Shown in pieces: positions 9,502 through 19,637 of a stretch of 64,000 nucleotides of DNA (position 1 is its first letter; every line of letters begins with the position of its first letter). This DNA comes from an uncultured bacterium (lineage in GTDB: Bacteria; Zixibacteria; MSB-5A5; CAIYYT01): NCBI GenBank assembly GCA_963726455.1, contig CAVSCK010000004.1:320001-384000 (forward strand), written 5' to 3'. The translations under genes and the position numbers were made by a program. The notes beneath the pieces are model-generated. The model searched no databases. It was given only the letters and a program-made list of their open reading frames with translations, and was not told the DNA's origin.

Positions 9502-11883
9502 ATGCAGATATCGTATAACTGGCTGCGTGAATTGGTCGACTTCAGTTGGGACGCCCACACGCTGGCAAACAAGCTCACAATGATTGGCACAGCCGTTGAG
9601 TCAGTTCAACCGGTCTCCACCAATCTTGAAAATATTCTCGTTGGCAAGATTGTCTCTGCCGAACCGCACCCAAATGCCGAAGCACTGAAGGTCTGCAAGG
9701 TTGAACTGAGCAAAGATGTTCTGATGACCGTGGTCTGTGGCGCACCGAATGTCAAAGTGGGCATGAAAGCTCCGATGGCGCTTCCCGGCGCCGTTATGAG
9801 CGACGGCACGCGTATTACGAGTGTCGAGAAGTATGGCATCGTTTCGGAAGGAATGCTCTGCAGCCAGGCCGAACTCGGCTTGTCCGACGACCATTCCGGC
9901 ATCATGGAGTTGGATGCCACCTTGAAATCCGGCGCTGATCTCAAGACCTCGCTGCACTTGGATGATTTTTCGCTAAGCTTTGATCTTACACCTAATCGGC
10001 CTGATTCTCTCTGTGCCATCGGCATTGCACGGGACATCTCGGCGCTGTCCGGCAGCCCGATCAAGCGCCCCGCCATTGAGATCAAGGAAGTCGCCGACAA
10101 GGCCAGCGCGCAGGTCGATATCAGCATTGACGATGTCGTCGGCTGTCCCCGATATGCAGCGCGCGTGATACGCGGCGTCAAAATCGGGCGTTCTCCGTGG
10201 TGGATGCAGCAACGTTTGCTGGCTTCGGGCGTCCGCGCGATCAATAACGTTGTCGATATCACGAACTATGTCATGCTCGAATATGGCCATCCTTTGCATG
10301 CTTTTGATTTTGCCAATTTTGCGCAACCGAAAGTGGTCGTGCGTCGCGCTGCCGAGGGTGAGATCTTCCGCACCCTCGATGGCATCGAGCGTAAACTTAA
10401 CGGCGACGTGCTGCTGATCACCGACGGCGTCAAACCGGTGGCCATCGCAGGTATCATGGGTGGCGAATTCTCCGAAGTCACAGAAAAGACAACCGATATT
10501 CTTTTGGAGAGCGCCTACTTCGATCCGTCCGTCATTCGACGCGGCCGCAAGTTTCTGGGGTTGCAGTCGGAAAGTCAGACACGTTTCGAACGCGGCGCCG
10601 ATCCTAACATCGTTTCGGCTGCGCTTGACCGCGCGGCAAGTCTGATGGAGCGATACGCCGGTGGCAAAGTGTCGACCGGCATCGTCGACGTCTATCCGCA
10701 AAAGATTAATCAGGTCAAGCTTGAGCTTCGCCCCAGCCGCGTGAACGAAATTCTGGCGACTGAGATGAGCGCACCCAAGATGATCGACATCCTGAATTCG
10801 CTCGAATTCAAGGTGCTTCCGGGCAAGAACCTGACCGTGGAAGTGCCAACCTTCCGTCCTGATGTCACTCGAGAAATCGATATCATCGAAGAAATCGCAC
10901 GCATCTACGGTTACGACAAGATCCCAACTCGCATGATTGCCGGTGGCAAGCTCCTGGTTTCCAGGCATCCGAGAGACGTTTTCTCCGAGAAGGTTCGGCA
11001 GATATTGATAGGCCAGGGATATTTCGAAGTCGTCACGAACAGCATCGTCGATCCCAAGCTCGTGAAGGTGTTGGATAAGGATGCCAGATGTGTCGAGATC
11101 CTCAACCCTATATCTGAGGATTTGAAGTGGCTCCGCCCGAGTCTGGTGGCAGGACTACTCAACGTAGTCTATCAGAACCTTAGCCACCAAATCCGAACCA
11201 TCAAGGTGTTCGAACTTGGTAATACCTTTGCTCCAATCGAGGGGCAACTACCTCGCGAAACTCATCGCATCGGCCTGGCCATTTCCGGAGCTGACATGGG
11301 CGAGAACTGGACATTCCATCCTGGCGAGTTCACCTTCTTCGACATCAAGGGTGCCCTCGAATCCCTTGAGGAGCTTACAGATAAGAAGATTACGTTAACC
11401 CCTGCTCCAAATTCCGCCTACGATCCCGGTTGCAGCTTTGCGATTAGTCTGGATGGTCAGCAAGTGGGAGTCTGCGGCCAAGTATTGCCGAGTATTCTTA
11501 AGTTATTCAATATCAAGGCCGAAGTGCTAGTGGCTGAGCTTGACTTCGAGGTTCTCCTTGCAAACGCCAAACCAGTAATCTCTTACAAGCCATTGCCCCG
11601 TTTCCCATCCTCGGAACGCGATATCGCCGTTGTAGTTGACGAGCTGATACCCTGTGATACGCTTCTGGAGACGATCGGTGGCGCTGCCGACAAGACGTTG
11701 GTCGATACCCTGGTGTTCGACCTGTATCGGGGCAAACAGGTAGATAAGGGTAAGAAGTCGGTCGCATTTCGACTTGTCTTCCGGGATGAAAGTAAGACAT
11801 TAACTGACGCGGATATCGAGCGCGTATTCAATAAGATAGTGGAGACGCTCAAGTCAAAGCATAACGCTACGCTTAGAGCTTAG
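9502..11883 (+). CDS. pheT: Phenylalanine--tRNA ligase beta subunit
   Basis: 'VVCGAPNV', 'LTPNRPD', 'INNVVDITNYVMLEYG.PLHAFD', 'EEIARIYGYD'; directly follows pheS. Confidence 0.98.
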   Translation: MQISYNWLRELVDFSWDAHTLANKLTMIGTAVESVQPVSTNLENILVGKIVSAEPHPNAEALKVCKVELSKDVLMTVVCGAPNVKVGMKAPMALPGAVMSDGTRITSVEKYGIVSEGMLCSQAELGLSDDHSGIMELDATLKSGADLKTSLHLDDFSLSFDLTPNRPDSLCAIGIARDISALSGSPIKRPAIEIKEVADKASAQVDISIDDVVGCPRYAARVIRGVKIGRSPWWMQQRLLASGVRAINNVVDITNYVMLEYGHPLHAFDFANFAQPKVVVRRAAEGEIFRTLDGIERKLNGDVLLITDGVKPVAIAGIMGGEFSEVTEKTTDILLESAYFDPSVIRRGRKFLGLQSESQTRFERGADPNIVSAALDRAASLMERYAGGKVSTGIVDVYPQKINQVKLELRPSRVNEILATEMSAPKMIDILNSLEFKVLPGKNLTVEVPTFRPDVTREIDIIEEIARIYGYDKIPTRMIAGGKLLVSRHPRDVFSEKVRQILIGQGYFEVVTNSIVDPKLVKVLDKDARCVEILNPISEDLKWLRPSLVAGLLNVVYQNLSHQIRTIKVFELGNTFAPIEGQLPRETHRIGLAISGADMGENWTFHPGEFTFFDIKGALESLEELTDKKITLTPAPNSAYDPGCSFAISLDGQQVGVCGQVLPSILKLFNIKAEVLVAELDFEVLLANAKPVISYKPLPRFPSSERDIAVVVDELIPCDTLLETIGGAADKTLVDTLVFDLYRGKQVDKGKKSVAFRLVFRDESKTLTDADIERVFNKIVETLKSKHNATLRA

Positions 11884-11894
11884 GGGAGTCAGGC

Positions 11895-12161
11895 ATGGAG
11901 AATCTCGATCGGCTGCAGGGAAAGGTCAAGGATCTGCTCGAACAGCATAAGAAACTTGAGGCCTCATATTCCGAACTCAAGAAGGAAAACGCGCAACTTC
12001 GTGAGCGCCTTTCGAGTTTGGAATCCGAAATGAAGGCGGTGACCAAGAGCGGGTCCCGGTTGGAAAAAGAGGCACGGGAAAAGCAGGAAGCGGCTCTAAA
12101 GCGAATTTCCAAACTGGTTGACAAGATTCATCAATTCCAGTCGGAAATGAAATTGTCTTGA
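11895..12161 (+). CDS. Small coiled-coil protein, ZapB-like
   Basis: 88-aa heptad-rich protein between pheT and zapA, with SD GGGGAG. Confidence 0.6.
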   Translation: MENLDRLQGKVKDLLEQHKKLEASYSELKKENAQLRERLSSLESEMKAVTKSGSRLEKEAREKQEAALKRISKLVDKIHQFQSEMKLS

Positions 12162-12186
12162 CACGGGTGTTTGAACCTTATAGAAT
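12158..12186 (+). promoter_or_regulatory. Sigma70-type promoter upstream of zapA
   Basis: TTGACA (12158-12163), 17-nt spacer, TAGAAT (12181-12186). Confidence 0.72.
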
Positions 12187-12262
12187 TGATTTAACGTGAA
12201 TATAGATTTGGGTTTAGCCATTAGGTGTAAGTCAAGTTTGGAAACTTCTTAAACATTATTCT

Positions 12263-12568
12263 ATGGAAGATAAAAAACAGACCGTCACTGTTAGCATTTT
12301 TGGCGAGGATTATCCTATTCGGGGGGCAGCTGGTCAGGATTACATCTTGCAGGTTGCTTCCTATTTGGATAACAAGATGCGCGAAGTCGCAGAAAAAAAC
12401 AGTAACAAATCGCCGGCCAAGGTTGCCATTTTGGCAGCCCTCAACATTACAGACGAACTGTTTCAAGCACGACAAGCTGCTTCCGTTGAAGTCAAAGAGT
12501 TTGAGGAAAAGACGCAGACAATTCTTCAGTGGCTTGAAGAAAAGTTGCCGATTGAGCAACGGCGTTAA
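12263..12568 (+). CDS. zapA: Cell division protein ZapA
   Basis: 'VTVSIFGEDYPI', 'VASYLDNKM', 'VAILAALNITDEL'. Confidence 0.92.
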   Translation: MEDKKQTVTVSIFGEDYPIRGAAGQDYILQVASYLDNKMREVAEKNSNKSPAKVAILAALNITDELFQARQAASVEVKEFEEKTQTILQWLEEKLPIEQRR

Positions 12569-12670
12569 TATAGTTTCCGAACCCCGCCTGATAGCTTCTC
12601 CCATTTCCGTGTTACATTTTTAATATAAACGATCCCGGCAGATGAGTGGTCTGTCGAGAGGAGAAGCACT

Positions 12671-14236
12671 ATGCCGCAATTGATTGTCCTGATTGCTGAA
12701 ATTGTAGGCGCTGCGGTCGTAGCTTCCGTCATTACCTATTTCCTCGCCAGCAAGACGTCTTTTGGCAAAATCAAGCGAGCGGAGGATGAGGCCAAGCGGA
12801 TTCACGACGACGCCGTGAAAGAAGCAGAGATAAAGAAGAAGGAAGCTCTCCTGGAGGCGAAGGATGAGTGGTACAAAGCCAAAGTCGCCTTCGAAAGGGA
12901 GCTGCAGAACAAAAAAGCTGATTACCAGAAGCAGGAAAAGAAGCTCTCGGAGCGGGAAATCAACCTTGACCGCAAAGTTGACATCCTCGATAAGAAGGAG
13001 AAAGACTATGCCGGCAAGGAGAAGAACCTCCAGCATCGTGAACGCGGCATCGCCACGCGCGAGAAAGAACTGGAACAGCTACTCACCGACCAGAATCGGC
13101 AATTGGAAAGAATAGCGGGAATGTCTGCGGAAGAGGCCAAGCGAGTCCTGATGGAAAATCTGATCGGCCAGGCCAAAATGGAAGCTGCCTCCATCGTGAA
13201 AGAGATTCGCGAAAGAGCAGAGCAAACCGCCGAAAAGGAAGCCAAAGAGATTATCATCTCGGCAATCTATCGCTGCGCCGCCGACCACACCGTCGAATCG
13301 ACGGTCTCCGTGGTGGCGCTGCCGAGCGACGAAATGAAGGGACGGATCATCGGCCGCGAAGGCCGCAATATCCGTTCGTTCGAGACGCTGACCGGAATCG
13401 ACGTGATCGTCGATGACACACCGGAAGCGGTTATTCTGTCAGGATACGACCCGGTACGGCGCGAAATAGCGCGCATGGCGCTGGAAAAACTGGTCGTTGA
13501 CGGTCGCATACATCCGACGCGCATTGAAGAAGTCGTCGTCAAATCGCAGAAGGAAATGGCGATGATGATTCGCGAGGCCGGCGAACAGGCCTGTTTCGAA
13601 CTCGGTATTCACGGATTGCACGAGGATATCATCACGCTGATGGGGCAACTCAACTACCGCACCAGTTATGGACAGAACGTGCTGCAGCATTCGAAAGAGG
13701 TTGCGCTTCTGTGCGGGCTGATGGCGGCGGAACTGGGACTGGACCCGATTCTGGCCAAGCGCTCCGGGTTTCTGCATGACATCGGCAAGGCCATCGATCG
13801 CGAGACCGAGGGTACACACACCGAAATCGGCATGAATTTCCTGCGCAAGTATAACGAGCACGAATACGTCATCAACGCCGTTGGTTCCCATCATGGCGAT
13901 ATTCCGTTGATATCTCCTTATGCCGTGCTGGTACAGGCCGCTGACGCTATCAGTGGCTCGAGGCCAGGTGCGCGCCGTGAACCGCTTGAAGGTTACATCA
14001 AGCGCCTGGAAAAACTCGAAGAACTGGCGGACTCCTTTAAGGGTGTTGCCAAGGCCTATGCCATTCAGGCCGGGCGCGAAATTCGCGTGATTGTCGAGAA
14101 CAACGAGATTGATGACGTCGGCGCCACGATTCTGGCGAGCGATATTGCGCGGAAGATCGAATCCGAGATGGAATATCCGGGTCAGATCAAAGTCACGGTG
14201 ATTCGCGAGACCAGGGCAATTGAATATGCCAAGTGA
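12671..14236 (+). CDS. rny: Ribonuclease Y
   Basis: N-terminal TM helix, coiled coil, KH domain '[14 protein letters not shown]', HD domain '[12 protein letters not shown]...LHDIGKA'. Confidence 0.97.
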   Translation: MPQLIVLIAEIVGAAVVASVITYFLASKTSFGKIKRAEDEAKRIHDDAVKEAEIKKKEALLEAKDEWYKAKVAFERELQNKKADYQKQEKKLSEREINLDRKVDILDKKEKDYAGKEKNLQHRERGIATREKELEQLLTDQNRQLERIAGMSAEEAKRVLMENLIGQAKMEAASIVKEIRERAEQTAEKEAKEIIISAIYRCAADHTVESTVSVVALPSDEMKGRIIGREGRNIRSFETLTGIDVIVDDTPEAVILSGYDPVRREIARMALEKLVVDGRIHPTRIEEVVVKSQKEMAMMIREAGEQACFELGIHGLHEDIITLMGQLNYRTSYGQNVLQHSKEVALLCGLMAAELGLDPILAKRSGFLHDIGKAIDRETEGTHTEIGMNFLRKYNEHEYVINAVGSHHGDIPLISPYAVLVQAADAISGSRPGARREPLEGYIKRLEKLEELADSFKGVAKAYAIQAGREIRVIVENNEIDDVGATILASDIARKIESEMEYPGQIKVTVIRETRAIEYAK

Positions 14237-14242
14237 GGTCGC

Positions 14243-15064
14243 TTGAGAGTTCTCTTCATCAGCGATCTGGTTGGCAAACCGGGCAGATGGATCGTCTCGC
14301 AAATGCTGCGCGATTTCAAGAAAGAGCGCCACATTGATTACACCATCTGTAACGTGGAAAATGCCGCCGGCGGATTCGGCGTCACAAGGGAGATGGCCAA
14401 GAAGATCTTCAGTTACGGCGTCGATCTTGAGACTACGGGTAATCATATTTGGGATCGCGAAGAGATTCGCGATTTTCTGGACAGCAATCCGCGTCTGCTG
14501 CGGCCGGCGAATTTTCCCTCGGGTACTCCCGGCAGCGGGATGTATGTCGATAAGCTTCCTGATGGTCGCATAATCGCGACCATCAATCTGCAGGGGCGTG
14601 TTTACATGAAGCCGATTGACTGCCCGTTCAAGACCGCCGACGGTGAACTGACAATGTTGGGACGAGGGACCAACCTGATCTTTGTCGATATCCACGCGGA
14701 GACGACTTCGGAAAAGCAGGCGCTCGGCTATTATCTCGACGGCCGGGTTTCGGCGGTGATCGGTACGCACACGCACATTCAAACCGCTGATGAATGCGTT
14801 ATGCCGAATGGCACCGCCTACATCACTGACGCCGGCATGACCGGGCCGTTTCAGTCAATTATTGGCATGAAATACGATGCCGCGGTCAAGCGCTTCCTGA
14901 CCGGCATGCCCTATAAGTTTTCCGTTGCGTCCGGCGATATTCGCATGCAGGGAGTGATTGTCGAAGTTGACGATCAAACCGGCAAAGCGATCAGCATCGA
15001 ACGCTACACATTGTGTGCACCTCCCGACACCAGTCCGCCCGGTCTGGAGGATGATACCGCATGA
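14243..15064 (+). CDS. ymdB: YmdB-family (TIGR00282-like) metallophosphoesterase
   Basis: 'NVENAAGGFG', 'GNHIWD', 'RPANFP', 'DIHAETTSEK', 'GTHTHIQTAD'; conserved position after rny. Confidence 0.92.
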   Translation: MRVLFISDLVGKPGRWIVSQMLRDFKKERHIDYTICNVENAAGGFGVTREMAKKIFSYGVDLETTGNHIWDREEIRDFLDSNPRLLRPANFPSGTPGSGMYVDKLPDGRIIATINLQGRVYMKPIDCPFKTADGELTMLGRGTNLIFVDIHAETTSEKQALGYYLDGRVSAVIGTHTHIQTADECVMPNGTAYITDAGMTGPFQSIIGMKYDAAVKRFLTGMPYKFSVASGDIRMQGVIVEVDDQTGKAISIERYTLCAPPDTSPPGLEDDTA

Positions 15065-15948
15065 CGGCCGAGATTATTGACGGCAACGAAGTCGCCAAGC
15101 AGATCCGCCGCGAACTGACAACCCAGGTTCAGGAATTGACGGGCAGGGGAATAGTGCCGGGATTGGCAGCGATTCTGGTAGGCAACGATCCGGCCTCCGA
15201 AATATATGTGGCTTCGAAAGCAAAGAACTGCCAGAAGGTGGGCGTGTACTCCGAAGTGATTCGCCGGGATGTGAATACTACTCAGGCAGAACTATATGAT
15301 GTCATTGAAGGGCTGAACAATAATCCGAAGATCTCCGGGATACTACTTCAATCACCGATACCCGCGCATCTCGACGAATTTGCTGCCTGCGTCAAGATTG
15401 ATCCAAACAAGGACGTCGACGGGTTCCACCCGGACAACGTCGGCCGTTTGCTGATCGGCAAGCCGCGCTTTATGTCGTGTACGCCTTATGGCGTGATCGA
15501 ACTGCTTAAGCGATATCAGGTCGATCTGAAAGGCAAAGAGGTAGTGATCATTGGCAGATCGAATCTGGTGGGCAAGCCGCTGGCGGCAATGCTGATGCAG
15601 AAATGGCCTGAAACCAATGCCACAGTAACAGTCTGCCACTCGGCGACGCGGGACATCATTTCGTACACGCTGCGCGCGGATGTCATCATCACGGCGATGG
15701 GACAACCGGAATTCCTGCGTGGCGAGCATATTCGCGCCGGCGCGGTCGTAATTGATGTCGGCATTTCGCGCGTGGACGATGCGACCACCGAGCGTGGTTA
15801 TCATATTGTCGGTGATTGTCATTTCTTGTCGTGTGTCGAAAAGGCCTCGAAGATCACGCCAGTCCCGGGCGGTGTTGGCCCGATGACAATCGCGATGTTG
15901 CTCACCAATACCGTAAAAGCCGCGAAGCTACAGCACGGGATAGAATAG
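15061..15948 (+). CDS. folD: Bifunctional methylenetetrahydrofolate dehydrogenase/cyclohydrolase
   Basis: 'KDVDGFHP', 'SCTPYG', 'GRSNLVGKP', 'ITPVPGGVGPMTIAMLL'. Confidence 0.97.
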   Translation: MTAEIIDGNEVAKQIRRELTTQVQELTGRGIVPGLAAILVGNDPASEIYVASKAKNCQKVGVYSEVIRRDVNTTQAELYDVIEGLNNNPKISGILLQSPIPAHLDEFAACVKIDPNKDVDGFHPDNVGRLLIGKPRFMSCTPYGVIELLKRYQVDLKGKEVVIIGRSNLVGKPLAAMLMQKWPETNATVTVCHSATRDIISYTLRADVIITAMGQPEFLRGEHIRAGAVVIDVGISRVDDATTERGYHIVGDCHFLSCVEKASKITPVPGGVGPMTIAMLLTNTVKAAKLQHGIE

Positions 15949-15956
15949 CTTATTCG

Positions 15957-17540
15957 CTATCTAGCGCATCCTGTAACCGGTGCGGCTCCATCCGCAAAAA
16001 TGTACTGCACCAAGTAGACGACATCCGCGATATCAATCACGCAATCGCCGTTGGCATCCGCCAACTGCGGCTTGTAGGGTTTGGCTCCATTCAGGAAAAT
16101 GTAGCCCACCAGGAAAACCGCATCAGAAAGATTTACATCGTGCGAGTAATTGGCATCGCCCGGGATGAGGAATATTGATCGATATAGATTCCGCGCCGCG
16201 AGAACATTCGTCTCAAGATCGGAGAAGTCGAGACTATTACAGAATGCTTGCGGATTTTGGGGATCAAACAAGTTGTGGAAATCTCCCGGATTCTGATGGA
16301 AGTTATCGCCCATTGCCACGACGACGGCGAAATCGAAGCTGTCTCCCGGCGCCAGATCAAGAGCACCGAATGAAAGAAGGAATTTTGTGTCGTACCCGTC
16401 GGCCACATCGGCTCCAACGACCGGACTCGGAGGAAGCCAGCCCTGCGCCTGATGATCGACGGCTGAAAACAACTGATCATAGTCGCGCTCTGGTCTGGAC
16501 ATGACATAATATTTGTTCCGATCTCCTTCCGGAGTACCGGATCCGCCGGTTCCGAAATCCCGATTATTGACCAGGAGACGTGGTGCCCAGTCGAGGACCG
16601 GGTCGCCGTTGGAAACCCACCAGGCGAATGACTGACTAGGCAAAACCGGGAAATCAATTACTGATATTCCGATCACTGCGCGAGCAGAATACTGATCCCA
16701 AGTTCCGGAATAAGACGGATCGCCATCATTGTCGGCAGTCCAGGCGACAAACAGTGAGTCGCCAGCAGCAGGATCGGGAAAATCGCGGCTGCCAGAGATG
16801 TCGTCTTGAAATCCGTTGGGGGTCGCGGCGTGGAAAGCATCACCATCGAAGTAGAGGCCGAAATACAATTTTCGTAGTAGGTGTGTATCGATATTCGTGA
16901 CTCTGTAATTGAAAAGTACAAAATCCTCATATGTCTGCTGGCTCCAAGAATACGATTCTTGCCGAATTCTTACACCGAGCGGAATATGCGGCCGGCCATC
17001 ATAAGGGTTGGGTTGCACATAGGACGGGTCGGTCAGTGTGTCATAATATGTGGCAATATAATCTGCTTCACTAATTGCACTCGGACTGTACGCTGGATCG
17101 TTCGGCCGAGTTGAACGCTTGATCATATTCCCAGCGGGTGCTGCATCGGCATACATCTCGAAAATTTGTTGCCAACCATCGTGGCCTGTAGAGACCAATG
17201 TGTCCTCATCAACAATGGCACCAATCCAAAGTGCCCCTTGGAACAGGTATTGCACGTCGGTTCCGGCCGGATACTCACATGACGGTGCGGGCAATCCGGT
17301 TTCGGGGTCTCTGACAGTGGGATCCCCCTGAGTGCCAATGATGCCGTAGTTTGTGACGGTCAGATTAACTTGGCCAACCTTGTGCACGCCTACCTGAAGC
17401 GACGGGTATGGTGATTTGTCGCGTGGTTCCGTGAAGGGTTTGCTTTTGGTAATTGTGGCTGCGGGGAGTGGTGACACAACGACAGAGAAGAAGAACACCG
17501 CTGCCAGCACTGATACTGTCCGTAGCAAAATGGATTTCAT
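15957..17540 (-). CDS. Secreted protein of unknown function with C-terminal dockerin-like module
   Basis: Signal peptide MKSILLRTVSVLAAVFFFSVVVSPLPA after SD GGAGG. C-terminus 'GDANYSHDVNLSDAVFLVGYIF...ADANGDCVIDIADVVYLVQYIF' is a duplicated Ca-binding loop-helix. Confidence 0.8.
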   Translation of the reverse strand: MKSILLRTVSVLAAVFFFSVVVSPLPAATITKSKPFTEPRDKSPYPSLQVGVHKVGQVNLTVTNYGIIGTQGDPTVRDPETGLPAPSCEYPAGTDVQYLFQGALWIGAIVDEDTLVSTGHDGWQQIFEMYADAAPAGNMIKRSTRPNDPAYSPSAISEADYIATYYDTLTDPSYVQPNPYDGRPHIPLGVRIRQESYSWSQQTYEDFVLFNYRVTNIDTHLLRKLYFGLYFDGDAFHAATPNGFQDDISGSRDFPDPAAGDSLFVAWTADNDGDPSYSGTWDQYSARAVIGISVIDFPVLPSQSFAWWVSNGDPVLDWAPRLLVNNRDFGTGGSGTPEGDRNKYYVMSRPERDYDQLFSAVDHQAQGWLPPSPVVGADVADGYDTKFLLSFGALDLAPGDSFDFAVVVAMGDNFHQNPGDFHNLFDPQNPQAFCNSLDFSDLETNVLAARNLYRSIFLIPGDANYSHDVNLSDAVFLVGYIFLNGAKPYKPQLADANGDCVIDIADVVYLVQYIFADGAAPVTGCAR

Positions 17541-17732
17541 GATGCCTCCCATGGCTTCGAACCGATTAATTGATGTTGAAGATAATCAATTTTGTCCGGC
17601 TGTCAAGATCCGAACCGCATAGTTTAGACGCCGACTTCTCAATTCCGTTCAATCGAAACGCGCAGCTTCCGTCTGTCAGTGCCAAACTCGGCGCTTGCCC
17701 TAGTCCCCCCGCTCACCTAACTTATCTTCTGC

Positions 17733-19256
17733 ATGGGTGAGCAATCATTTTTTCAGACGCGTCCTTTCCTGATCGTAATTGCGATCGCCGTGGCACTGCG
17801 ACTGTTGGCGACGCTGTTCTCGCAGGGCTACATGGCCAGCGACGATTACTTCGAAACGATCCAGGTAGCCGACAGTTGGCAACACGAGGGTATCTTTCTT
17901 CAGGACGGCACTTTGCGCTGGGAGGGCAAGCCGGAAATTGGTGTGATGCGCAGCGCGGTGTACAACCTGTTTCTGCTCGGCCTGATGAATATCACGTCCG
18001 CAGTCGGAATCGACAGTCTCAACACCCACATGTACTTCGAGCGGTTGATTCATGCGCTGCTATCGCTGTTGCCGGTGATATTCGGTTATCGATACTTGCG
18101 GGAAGAGACGAACGAAAGGGTCGCGACGGTAGGGGGAGTGCTACTGGCGGCGCATTTCCTGATGCCGTTCTTGGCGGTTCGCAACCTGGTGGAGATGGTT
18201 GCTGCGGATTTCTTGTTCCCGTGCCTTTACTATGCGACAACCAGCATGAAACGACAATCAAGCAGCGATGCCGTGCTGGCAGCAGTTCTGGGTGGCATTG
18301 CATTTATGGTGCGTATGCAGGTTGCGTTGGCGCTGGTAGCAATTCCCATTGCGATGGTGATTCGGCGCCGCGTCTGGCGTCAGGCAATAATATTCTCCGT
18401 GGCGACTCTGGGGATGATAGCGCTGCAGGGTTTGATAGATGTTCAAACGCATGGGAAGTTCCTCGGTAGTGTGACAAACTACATCATCGGGAATATGGGC
18501 GCGCCGCCGACCATTCCGGGGCCGTGGTACAAATATCTGCTGTTAATACTCGGTGTCTTCGTCCCGCCGTTTTCGCTGATTTTCTTCGGTGCGATTTTCC
18601 AGTGGCGATTGATCCGCAATCACATTGTGATGTGGCTGCCGTTGATGTTGTTTCTGGTCGGGCATTCCGTCATTACGAACAAGCAGGAACGTTTCATCAT
18701 TCCGGTCTTTCCGGTATTGATCGTGCTCGGCTGCGTCGGCATTTACTATCTGTGGCAGAACGAGGGCTGGTATTTCCACCGGCGCAAGTTGCGCCAGGGA
18801 TTGTGGGTCTGGTTCGCGGTCGTCAACGTAGTTCTTCTCCTTCCGTTCATCGTCAACTTTGGCCATCGCGGGTCGATCGAGCCGCTGGTATATCTGTCAC
18901 AACAGCCGGATGCCCGCAAGGTACTGTTTGACTGCAGTGAGCGGCGCATGCTGGTGCCTTATGGTTACTATCAATATGATCGCAGCAATTCGCTGACCGT
19001 TTTCAGCAGCGTTGAAATCTATCTGGCTCTGGCGGAAGGCAAACTGCTTTCGTTTTCGCCGCCGGACTATATCGTAGTATTCTCCGACGACAAACTTGCG
19101 GAACACGAGCAATTGCTGACGTCGCTGTTGGGACGTTACAAGCTGGTCTTTCATGGGAAGCCATCTCTAATAGATGCCGCCCTGAACAAGCTCAATCCCA
19201 AATACAACTATCGCTATGAATCGTGGGTGTTGAAGAAGGTCAAATCGGGTCAGTAG
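17733..19256 (+). CDS. Multi-pass membrane glycosyltransferase, GT-C fold (Alg9/PIG-B/GT22-like)
   Basis: About 10-12 hydrophobic segments, acidic 'SDDYFE' loop after TM1, 'PWYKY' and 'NKQERFIIP' (KE.RF motif of GT22-like mannosyltransferases). Confidence 0.7.
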   Translation: MGEQSFFQTRPFLIVIAIAVALRLLATLFSQGYMASDDYFETIQVADSWQHEGIFLQDGTLRWEGKPEIGVMRSAVYNLFLLGLMNITSAVGIDSLNTHMYFERLIHALLSLLPVIFGYRYLREETNERVATVGGVLLAAHFLMPFLAVRNLVEMVAADFLFPCLYYATTSMKRQSSSDAVLAAVLGGIAFMVRMQVALALVAIPIAMVIRRRVWRQAIIFSVATLGMIALQGLIDVQTHGKFLGSVTNYIIGNMGAPPTIPGPWYKYLLLILGVFVPPFSLIFFGAIFQWRLIRNHIVMWLPLMLFLVGHSVITNKQERFIIPVFPVLIVLGCVGIYYLWQNEGWYFHRRKLRQGLWVWFAVVNVVLLLPFIVNFGHRGSIEPLVYLSQQPDARKVLFDCSERRMLVPYGYYQYDRSNSLTVFSSVEIYLALAEGKLLSFSPPDYIVVFSDDKLAEHEQLLTSLLGRYKLVFHGKPSLIDAALNKLNPKYNYRYESWVLKKVKSGQ

Positions 19257-19355
19257 AGGCCTGTTTCAGAGCGATACAGGAAATTGTTTCCGCCCGAGTG
19301 CGCCAGCAAGCGATTGTCACCTGAACACGTGACAAACCATTGATTTGAAAGAGAA

Positions 19356-19427
19356 TACCCCCACCAGGGATCGAACCTGGATCTCCGGCTCCGGAGGCCG
19401 ACGCGTTATCCATTACACCATGGGGGC
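19356..19427 (-). tRNA. tRNA-Arg (anticodon CCG), CCA not encoded
   Basis: Reverse complement GCCCCCATGGTGTAATGGATAACGCGTCGGCCTCCGGAGCCGGAGATCCAGGTTCGATCCCTGGTGGGGGTA folds as a cloverleaf with loop CTCCGGA. Confidence 0.93.
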
Positions 19428-19436
19428 GGCGCGACA

Positions 19437-19465
19437 AATGTACCGGCGCTCAACATTAAAGTCAA
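19437..19465 (-). promoter_or_regulatory. Sigma70-type promoter for tRNA-Arg
   Basis: Minus strand TTGACT (19465-19460), 17-nt spacer, TACATT (19442-19437). Confidence 0.7.
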
Positions 19466-19550
19466 TCTCGAAATTAGTCGATGCTAAATGGGATATCGCG
19501 ATCAACCGCCCGACCATATGCAGTAATCACTGTCAGGACAAAGATTTGGC

Positions 19551-19579
19551 TTGACTTTCGGCGGCTAATTACACATATT
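19551..19579 (+). promoter_or_regulatory. Sigma70-type promoter for the small ORF and the dockerin/TSP3 gene
   Basis: TTGACT (19551-19556), 17-nt spacer, CATATT (19574-19579). Confidence 0.55.
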
Positions 19580-19637
19580 ATCGAGCGCAAGGTCTTAAGA
19601 ATCATATTCTCTTTCGCTCACACGAGCTTGGCGTGAA

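Noticed and set aside
12569-12670. 6S RNA, often found downstream of zapA
   Set aside because: The spacer is only about 100 nt, too short for the roughly 180-nt 6S rod, and shows no such fold.
13439-14782. Long minus-strand ORFs (447 aa here; also 9973-10968, 31581-32423, 7301-8029, 58893-59678)
   Set aside because: They are antisense shadows of well-supported conserved genes and show no recognisable motifs.
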